Position numbers and translations under genes: made by a program. From assembly GCA_951406725.2 (NCBI GenBank), contig OX597829.1, positions 50,840,001 through 50,904,000 on the forward strand: 64,000 nucleotides of DNA. Direction: 5' to 3'. This document shows, piece by piece, positions 54,447 to 64,000 of this stretch. A model generated the notes under the pieces. The model saw only the letters and a program-made list of their open reading frames with translations. It made no database searches and was not told where the DNA came from. The first letter of the stretch is position 1. The number at the start of each line of letters is the position of its first letter. Source of the DNA: Octopus vulgaris (lineage: Eukaryota).

Positions 54447-55003
54447 TAGCTCCAAGTCATCCCTAATTAAGCAGACCTATGATCAAAGACCTTCCTGCAA
54501 CCATCCTATTGTTTCTTTATACACAGGGAATCCAAAAGTTATCTGCCTCTTTTATTACTGGGGTGGAATTTTGAGAATGGTTTGGTTGCTATTTCTAGTA
54601 AATTGAACAACTGCTGTGAGGCTCCTCTGGCTTGTGCTAATAATATAGGTGAGATATTTTGATGTGTGTGTGTGTATGGGGGGAGGTATAATTGTTTTTA
54701 CAGCTGAATGCTCTTTGTCACAACTCAACCATAAAATGGGAGTGGCACCTGCTGTGACAGCAGGTGCCACTCAAAGAGTGTAACATGAACCTGCATGTCT
54801 GAAGTTCTAAAGTGTGTTACAGTTATCACTTAGCTGATCATTTTTTCAGTGACTTTGAGGGAGGAATATTTTCTTCAGGAATAAAGGCTTCAATGTAGAA
54901 CCCAGCCACATCAATTCCACAAAATTTAGCACAAAAATTTTCTAATAAGAAGTGGAATACATTAGGAAGTAGTCCAAATTGAAAATATGTAACCTGCCTC
55001 ATT

Positions 55004-55090
<87 letters not shown>

Positions 55091-55091
<1 letters not shown>

Positions 55092-55515
55092 GATTTGCTT
55101 GTCAGTTGTTTGACCTTAACCAGTTGAGCATGTCCCTTAGTGGCTGACGATATGTGCATCTCTGATCACGAGCAGAAGTAGTGGGGGAGCATCATAGCCA
55201 TGTGTTAAGAGGGATTCTTTGGAGTTTGAATAATTCACCTCTGGAAACATGGGTGGTTCTTTCAACATCCTTAAACAATCCTTATTCAGGGACCTTTTGA
55301 GCAGGATGGGTTACTCGACCTGAAGAAAATTCTAACTGGGTCCCACCTGCAAGGTCATGTGCTGTTTATCTTGATATGAGATCACCATGTCGCGCACATT
55401 TGGTTGTGATGCATGTGCCTGGTGTACCCTTATCAGACGGGTAGTCATGATGGGTATATTGGGCTTCATATATTTTACCCCAATGTCACTTTGATGGAAT
55501 GAACTGCTCTCTCAC
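55091..55515 (+). mobile_element. Family D element, 5' truncated, in (AAT)n
   Basis: Colinear with 34036-34460. Confidence 0.8.
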
Positions 55516-55534
55516 ATAATAATAATAATAATAA

Positions 55535-55747
55535 CCCTTTCTACTGAAGGCACATGGCCAGAAATTTGAGGGGAGGGAACTAGTCGATTACATCAACCCC
55601 AGTGTATCACTGGTACTTAATTTATTGACCCCCGAAAGGATGAAAGGCAAAGTCAACCTTGGTGGAATTTGAACTCAGAACATAGCAATGGGTGAAATAA
55701 CCGTTAAGCATTTTGCTTGGCATGCAAACGATTCTGCCAGCTCACCA
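55535..55747 (-). mobile_element. SINE family B
   Basis: Meta-like core and (ATT)n tail. Confidence 0.75.
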
Positions 55748-56476
55748 ACTTGTTGTTGTTGATGATGATGATGAGGAGGAGGAGGAGGGAACTCAGAACA
55801 CACAAACCTCTGCCAAGGAAACACCAGTGTTCTCTCAATGATTAGCCAGAGATGATTTTTAAAACGAGAATATCTGAAATAAACTCGAATATTCTCACAA
55901 ACAAGAATACAAAAAATGAACCCAACCGCTCTCAAAAATTAAGTTTAAAAAAAACGGAAAAACAACCCAGAATCCTTGTCCAGTACCAGGCTGGTCCCAA
56001 TGGTGGTCATGGAATGTGAAGGTGGCAGTAGAAAATTTAGTAACAGTAATAAATAGTTTATCCTTTTCTAAAACAAACCAAAGTTAACAAATTCACCATT
56101 CAAAAGAGTTTCAACAGTGGAGACATGAACAGCATGAGACCTTTTGGCTTTCTCTTCTCTTAAATTCCGGCCTTCCTTTTGTAACCCTGTTGTTTTAGAT
56201 CCATGTATAGATGTATGTATAAATGTAAGTATACTGTAAAGTCTTAGTATATATGTATACTATAATATACTATAAAAATATGTTAGTGTTATTTAATTTC
56301 TGAACGATTTTACTGCCATTTGTTATGTAGTTTGATTTCTTTATCCATCAGTTTCTACTCAGACAGAGACACGAGTAAAATTAACAATAGAGAAACGAAA
56401 ATAAAACTTTTTAAACAGCCTAAAGGGAGAAATTGAAAAAGACTTGAAACTTAACATAAGATTTTAATCTTGTAAA

Positions 56477-56477
<1 letters not shown>

Positions 56478-56558
<81 letters not shown>

Positions 56559-56680
56559 TCACTACTTGGAATCAAACTCGGAATCTTGGGGTTAGCAGCC
56601 CATGTTTTTAACCACTATGCCATGTGCCCGTAAATATTGTAAATAATGTACATAATTCCTCATCTCTTTAGATATAGAAC
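56478..56680 (-). mobile_element. tRNA-derived head plus (AAT)n of the hammerhead-SINE family, joined to its inverted 3' tail
   Basis: Minus strand: GGGCACATGGCATAGTGGTTAA...GAGTTTGATTCC...GACCTGAATAATAAT. Plus-strand 56639-56680 matches 59396-59440. Confidence 0.7.
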
Positions 56681-56744
56681 TTCAGCCCTTATGAGTCAGC
56701 ATGACTCAAGAAGGTACCTTTACCTTTCTTTTCAGCTGCTTAAT

Positions 56745-57285
56745 TTAGTACTTATCGACCCCAAAAGGACGAAATGTAAAGTTAACCTCAGCAGAATTTT
56801 AACCCATTGCATAAGGATTAACGAAAGCAATTTGTCTGATGTGCTAATGCCAGCTCACCGCTTTAATGATGATAAAAATGGTTTCAAATTTTGGTACAAG
56901 GGTAGCAATTTTGGTGAAGGGGTTAAGTCGCTTACATCGACCCCTGGTGCGCAACTGGTACTTAATCTATCAACCCCAAAATGTTGAAAAGCTAAGTCAA
57001 ACTTGGCAGAATTTGAACTCAGCATTTTGGACAAAATGCTTAGCAACATTTCATCTGTCTTCATGTTCTAACAATTCTACCAACTTGCCATTATAAGCAT
57101 AAAAGTAATTGTGGGAGGAGAGATTTGGTCAATTACATCGACCCCAGTGTTTGAGTGGTACTTATTTTTATTAACTATAAAAGGATGAAAGGCAAAGTTG
57201 ACCTTGGTGGTATTTGAACTCAGAACATAAGACAGATGAAACACTGCTAAGCATTTTTTCCAGCATTCTAATGGTTCTGCCACAC
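56745..57285 (-). mobile_element. Array of degenerate SINE family B copies
   Basis: Three repeats of the AAAG(G)...AAGTCAACC...GAATTTGAACTC segment. Confidence 0.7.
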
Positions 57286-58556
57286 AATGTATACAGTGCT
57301 CAGGTGCATTGCAACTCATTGGAAAATGGTAAGAGAACGCAAACAGAAAACCACAATAAATCTCAAGTAAAGAAAAACAGCAGACAACATGCATAGTACA
57401 TGTGTACTGACTGGCACTCTGTTCACTATGACAACGAGGGTTCCAGTTGATTCAATCAATAGATCAGTTTGCTCATAGTAGAAGACACTTGCCCAAGGTG
57501 TCACGCAGTCGGACTGTACCCAGAACCATGTGCTTAGTATGCACGCTACTTACCACACAGCCACTCCTGCACCAATATAATGTTATAAAAATCTTATCCA
57601 TAAGCATTTACCTACAACTACTATACATGTATCAGTGACACTTCAATAATGTTGGATTATTAAAGAAATCAAAATTTGGATATGCTGGGTTATAAGGGTT
57701 TGCCAGCACAGTTTTACACTTCCTGAAAATAGAAACCTAATCTTTGTTGAATTTCACTACTGATTTAAATAAAGAATTATAATTGTGGAGAGTAGAATTT
57801 TGGATACAGGAGAAAGTGTAAAAATACAAAATCACCAGTTTTCTAGAATTCTTTTATCAGCACAAAAACGAAAGTGACAGCACCACACCCTCCATCCCAC
57901 TCACTCTCTCTCTCTCTCTCTCTCTCTAACTAACCCATTGTTTCTTCCTCTTTCTCAGATGAAAAAAGCTTGAATTCTTTACTCCCCAAGGCAATTGGAC
58001 CTTTTGAACTTTTTACTCCCCCACCACCACCAAAAAAGAAATGTCCACTTTTTTATAAAGTGGACCTGATATTCACAGCTGTGTGGTCTTTGATCAATAA
58101 TTCTGTTGATCTTGAGCTGACCTGGAGCTAAACAACAACAACAACAAATACAACAACAACAACAGCAACAAAAGAATCATCATCATCAGCAGCAACAGCA
58201 ACAACAACATCAATAACAACAACAACACAACTGCTAGACCATGACAGGTAATCCAACATTTGGACCATCAACAATATCCATGAAAGCTAAAAACTAACAG
58301 AGGCCTTGTCTCATTCTGATGATGATGATGATGATGGTGATCATCATCAACAAATAACAAAAAAACACCCGCAAAAACAGAGATATCATCATCATCATTA
58401 CCATAGTCATCATCATCACCATCATCAATCTCATCATCATCATCATCATCATCAACATCATCATCATCATCAACATCACCACCATCATTATAATGATCAT
58501 CATCATTGTCATCATCCTTATAATGATCATCATCATCATGATCATCATCTATATGT

Positions 58557-58882
58557 TACTGGCACTCCATCAGTTATGACAAAAATGGTTCCAGTTCATC
58601 CAATCACTGCAAAAGCCAGTTCATGAAATTAATGTGCAAGTGGTTGAGTACTCCACAGACAAACGTACTCTTAACGTAGTCCTCTGGGAGATTCAGTCTC
58701 ACACAGGATGTGACACGGTTGGCTCTTTGAATTACAGGAACAACTCACTTTTGCCAGCCGAGTGGACTGGAGCAACATAAAATAAAGTTTCTTGCTCAAG
58801 GTCACAATGCACTGTTGGGAATTGAACTCATGACCTTAGGATTATGGACTAAATGCCCCTAACCATTAAACCATGTGCCTTC
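58557..58882 (-). mobile_element. tRNA-derived CORE-type SINE (family E variant)
   Basis: GGCACATGGTTTAATGGTTAG...GAGTTCAATTCCC and GTGACCTTGAGCAAG. Confidence 0.7.
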
Positions 58883-58890
58883 ATCTATAA

Positions 58891-59131
58891 CAGTTATTCC
58901 CAAATTTTTTCAGGCGGCCTTCCCCTTGACACCCAGGCCACATTCCTAGCACCCCAAAACCAAATAACCATCACAAATTTAAAGCAACAGTACAATATTT
59001 ATATTCGACGGATATTTGTCCTCATCTTGTTTGTTATTAACACAACATTTCGGCTTATAAAATCTCCAGCCTTCATCAGGTATCATGGGGAAATTTCAAA
59101 CCTGGGTTCTCATTCCTAAGCTATTTTTCAA

Positions 59132-59178
<47 letters not shown>

Positions 59179-59614
59179 TGGTCACTGCCTGGAACTGAAC
59201 TCGGAATTTGGGGGATTCCGAGTTCAATTCCAGGCAGTGACCTGAATAATAATAATAATAATAACATGGAAAAATACCTTAGGAAGGAGAACCCAGGTTT
59301 GAAATTTCCCCAAGACACCTGATGAAGGCTGGAGGGTATATCAGCCGAAACATTGTGTTAACAACAAACAAGATGAGGACAAATATCCATCAAATGTAAA
59401 TAATGTAAACAATTCCTCATCCATCTCTTAAATATAGAACCGTATTTAAGCAACTGTATTTAACAAATAAAACTTAAAACTAATGAACCCATTATTTCGT
59501 TGTTTTTACACGAATTGCTACCCCATTATTACCCCACTTTTCTTCAATGCCCCCTTGGAACTTTCCACTGGCCCCAGATGGAGTGGGCAATACTGCCCAC
59601 TTTGGGAACCACTG
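58891..59614. mobile_element. hAT/Charlie-type MITE interrupted by hammerhead palindrome
   Basis: TIRs CAGTTATTCCCAAA / TTTGGGAACCACTG. 8-bp TSD ATCTATAA/ATCTATAG. Confidence 0.75.
58993..59443. mobile_element. Inverted dimer of a tRNA-headed, hammerhead-bearing element
   Basis: Minimal hammerheads at 59314-59359 (plus: GACAC-CTGATGA-AGGCTG...CAGCC-GAAACATT-GTGTT) and 59039-59084 (minus). Flanked by about 15-bp imperfect direct repeats ATTT(A)AAGCAAC(A/T)GTA. Confidence 0.8.
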
Positions 59615-59929
59615 ATCTATAGCCACAGCAGCAAGCAATGACAACAGAGGCCTCATCATCATCATCCTCATAAGCATTATCATCATCATCAAATGACCAA
59701 AATAACAACAATAATAACAACAGCAATAACAACAACTAAATCATGTACCATGTTAGCCACCTCCTAGTCACTACTCCAATATTTGTTATCCATTTCTAAT
59801 GGGAATAAAATGGTGCCAAACATGGCTGCCTAATTAAGACTTGAAATCTTAAAATCTTTTTAATATGTAAGCAAAACAAGAAAAATTATATATTATTTAT
59901 ATTATCATTTGATTGAACGCCATGCATCC

Positions 59930-61443
59930 CCATTTCCAAGTAAGCTTTTATATATATATATATTTATATGTGTGTGTGTTTGTGTCTGTCCTCCATCACA
60001 CCTTAACAACTTGGTGTGTTTATGTCCCTGTAACTTAGCAGTTCAGCAAAAAGAGACTGATAGAATAAGTAAGACTTTAAAAAAACAGTCCTGGGGGTCA
60101 ATTTGTTCAACTAAATCCCTTCAAGGAAGTGCCCCAGCATGGCCACAGTGAAAATGACTGAAGCAAGTAAAAGAAAACAGTTGAAAGACTCTGGACATTT
60201 TCTTCTGTATTTCTTCATCCCACCAAATATTATGTTGAAATGATTATCTCCCTTTACACTGAATGACTACCAGGGAAGATCATGGACCAGAAATTGAATT
60301 ACATTGAATTCCATAAATCCATAAACCATTTGTACTCTTAGATGTACTCAGTATGGGTTACCAAAGAGTACAATAAACACCTAACCACTGGAGTTTTCCT
60401 CACATTTTGGCTGTCAGGTTGTTGTTGTTGTTGTTTTTGTTGGTGGTGATGGCTGTAGTAGAGGTTGTGGTTGTGGCAATGGTGGAGGGTGTGGTTGCAG
60501 CAGGGGTGTGGCAGTGGTAGTGGTGGTCATAATGAAAGAGATTATATGGTGGCAGTGACGGTGGTGTTAGTGGTGGTTATGATGCTAGCAGTAGTGGTGG
60601 TGGTGGTGGTGGTAGTGGTGTGGTGGGGGGGTATTGATGGTGGTGGTGATTATGGTGTTGGTGAGGGTGACGTTGTTGGCGTTGATGTTGTTGGTGGTGA
60701 TGGTGATGTTGTTGGGGGTGTTGGTGGTGGTGATGGTGGTGATAGTGGTGTTGATGGTTGTGGTGGTGGTAGCAGGAGCAGTACTGATAGTGCAGCTGCT
60801 GCTGCTGCTGCTAATGCCCCAGCTTGGCCGTAATACAGCACATTCTGGAAAAGCAAAGATGTTCCAACACTCAACTCAACGGTGACCGTCTCATTCATTT
60901 TGTTTCCTCGGCATAGTGTACCTAGGACTACATTATTCAATGCATCTTTTTCTTTCTTAAATTGTGATTTAACAAAGAGATTTATTTGTTAGCAATTTGC
61001 GGCAAATCAACAAATTGTAAAGATTTTTATTCTCATTAATCCACCAGACGCATCTTCATAGATCTTCTGCCATCCATCCATCTAATACCAAAGGTTACAT
61101 AAGAAGATTCTTGTCATTCTGTCTGTCTGTCTGTCTGTGCAACTCAGTCTGTGTGTGTGTGTGTGTGTGTGTTAACACACATAAGCACATTCACACATTC
61201 ATACACACTTTTACATTCATTCATTCATTCACACACATACACACACATGCATCTGTAGATGCACACATACACACACATTCATACACATATATACCTTCAG
61301 TCATCCATTCACACATGCATCCATAGACACACACACATTCATACAGACACACACACACATACACACATGCATTCGTACACATATTTACTTTGATACGCAT
61401 GCATACATACACACAAAAGCAGTCGTACACAAATTAACACTTG

Positions 61444-61477
<34 letters not shown>

Positions 61478-62124
61478 TTCCTTGCATTAACCCTTTTGTT
61501 ACCATATTTCTGTTGAGATGCTTTATGTTTCTTTCAATTAATTTTAAATATAACAAAGAATTTAGTAAAATAACTTAGTTATCATTCAGCTAGTGTTAGG
61601 AACATAAATTGTGACTAAGGTTTGGTGGAAGATTTTAATTCAGAACTTATGAAAACAAGACATTTGTACTACAGAGCCAGAGCCGGTTTCAGCCGGATTG
61701 GTAAAGAAAGGGTTAATAGTGAAAGAGATATGGTAATATATAAGTTTGACACTTCTGTCAAAAGTCATGAAAAGAACATGAAACAGCTTTGACCAAGAAT
61801 GGTGTGTTCTGTGTGTGTTGTGTGCATATATGTGTGTATGCACACATATATGTGTGTATGTGCCTGTGTTAGGATTCATGTAGGTGTCTGTGTGTGCATT
61901 ACTGTGTATGTAGGTGCATATGCATGTTGTATAAACATGTGTGTCTATTTGTATATACACAAATATGAGTGTTTCTGTGTTAAGAAACTTGCTTCCCATC
62001 CACATGGTTCCGGGTTCAGTTCCATTATGTGACACCTTGCGAAAGTGTCTTCTACTGTAGCCTCAGGCCGACCAAAGCCTTGTGAGTGCATATGGTAGAT
62101 GGAAATTGAAAGAAGCCTGTTGTG

Positions 62125-62166
<42 letters not shown>

Positions 62167-62404
62167 CACAAAAATAAAGGGTAAAATCAATTAATTATTA
62201 ATTAATTTCACCAAGTAGTGTTCAGTATGTAAAAGGACCATTCAAGGCATATTCAAAATATTACGTTATATAATTAGGGCTCAGTAAAATAATTTACTTT
62301 GCCACATACTGAAATTTTTAGAAATAGCAGCCAAAAAGTTTTTTTAGCCACAGAAGTGTCAAACTTATATATTACCATATCTCTTTCACTATTGATGCAA
62401 GGAA

Positions 62405-62445
<41 letters not shown>

Positions 62446-62709
62446 ACAAGTGTTAATTTGTGTACGACTGCTTTTGTGTTTATGTATGCATGCGTATCGA
62501 AGTAAATGTGTGTATGAATGCATGTGTGTATGTGTGTGTCTGTATGTATGTGTGTTTGTCTATGGATGCATGTGTGAATGGATGAATGAAGGTATATATA
62601 TGTGTATGAATGTGTGTGTATGTGTGCGTCTACAGATGCATGTGTGTGTATGTGTGTGAATGAATGAATGTAAAAGTGTGTATGAATGTGTGAATGTGCT
62701 TATGTGTGT

Positions 62710-62759
<50 letters not shown>

Positions 62760-63919
62760 TGAGTTGCACAGACAGACAGACAGACAGAGAGAATGACAAG
62801 AATCTTCTTATGTAACCTTTGGTATTAGATGGATGGATGGCAGAAGATCTATGAAGATGCGTCTGGTGGATTAATGAGAATAAAAATCTTTACAATTTGT
62901 TGATTTGCCACAAATTGCTAACAAATAAATCTCTTTGTTAAATCACAATTTAAGAAAGAAAAAGATGCATTGAATAATGTAGTCCTAGGTACACTATGCC
63001 GAGGAAACAAAATGAATGAGACGGTCACCGTTGAGTTGAATGTTGGAACGTCTTTGCTTTTCCAGAATGTGCTGTATTACGGCCAAGCTGGGGCATTAGC
63101 AGCAGCAGCAGCAGCTGCACTATCAGTACTGCTGCTGGTACCACCACCACAACCATCAACACTACCATCACCACCATCACCACCACCAACACCCCCAACA
63201 ACATCACCATCACCACCAACAACATCAACGCCAACAACTTCACCATCACCAACACCATAATCACCACCACCATCACTACCCCACCACCGCACCACTACCA
63301 CCACCACCACCACAACTGCTAGCATCATAACCACCACTAACACCACCGTCACTGCCACCATATAATCTTTATCATTATCACCACCACTACCACTGCCACG
63401 CCCCTGCTGCAACCACACCCTCCACCATTGCCACAACCACAACCTCTACTACTGCCATCACCACCAACAAAAACAACAACAACAACAACCTGACAGCCAA
63501 AATGTGAGGAAAACTCCAGTGGTTAGGTGTTTATTGTACTCTTTGGTAACCCATACTGAGTACATCTAAGAGTACAAATGGTTTATGGATTTATGGAATT
63601 CAATGTAATTCAATTTCTGGCCCATGATCTTCCCTGTTAGTCATTCAGTGTAAAGGGAGATAATCATTTCAACATAATATTTGGTGGGAACAAGAAATAC
63701 AGAAGAAAATGTCCAGAGTCTTTCAACTGTTTTCTTTTACTTGCTTCAGTCATTTTCACTGTGGCCATGCTGGGGCAGTGCCTTGAAGGGATTTAGTTGA
63801 ATAAATTGACCCCCAGGACTGTTTTTTTAAGTCTTACTTATTCTATCAGTCTCTTTTTGCTGAACCGCTAAGTTACAGGGACATAAACACACCAAGTTGT
63901 TAAGGTGTGATGGAGGACA

Positions 63920-63968
<49 letters not shown>

Positions 63969-64000
63969 ACACACATATATAAAAGCTTACTTGGAAATGG
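59930..64000. repeat. Large inverted duplication (arms 59930-61758 and 62350-64000, continuing past the window)
   Basis: Unique sequence, SINE fragments and microsatellites are all mirrored. ORF pairs 60465+/63077- and 60650-/62970+ are near-identical. Confidence 0.95.
61491..61712. mobile_element. piggyBac-type MITE (left arm only)
   Basis: TTAA TSDs, CCCTTT...AAAGGG TIRs. Absent from the mirrored position near 62392. Confidence 0.92.

Noticed and set aside
60465-60940. Gly/Val-rich and Pro/Thr-rich ORFs present twice
   Set aside because: They are (GGT)n low-complexity sequence duplicated by the inverted repeat, with no coding evidence.

Overview
AT-rich, microsatellite-dense eukaryotic DNA. 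The repeat families suggest an octopod cephalopod (Octopus); this is inferred from SINE, RTE and microsatellite content, not from a search. I found no host protein-coding exon; almost every listed ORF is a microsatellite or repeat artefact. The window is a mosaic of tRNA-derived SINEs, RTE/BovB LINE fragments, mariner remnants, hAT/piggyBac/pogo-type MITEs and non-autonomous Helitrons. The most notable unexplained structure is a set of type-I hammerhead ribozyme motifs. They belong to about seven dissimilar short repeat families, and most sit in inverted (fold-back) or partial-tandem arrangements typical of Penelope-like elements and retrozymes. Several have intact cores, and two show compensatory stem changes. 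A decayed Penelope GIY-YIG C-terminus lies at about 46.3-46.5 kb. One hammerhead family carries a tRNA-derived Pol III head. The window ends inside an inverted duplication of at least 1.65 kb, in which one arm has a piggyBac MITE and the other has the empty site. All folds and translations were done by eye.
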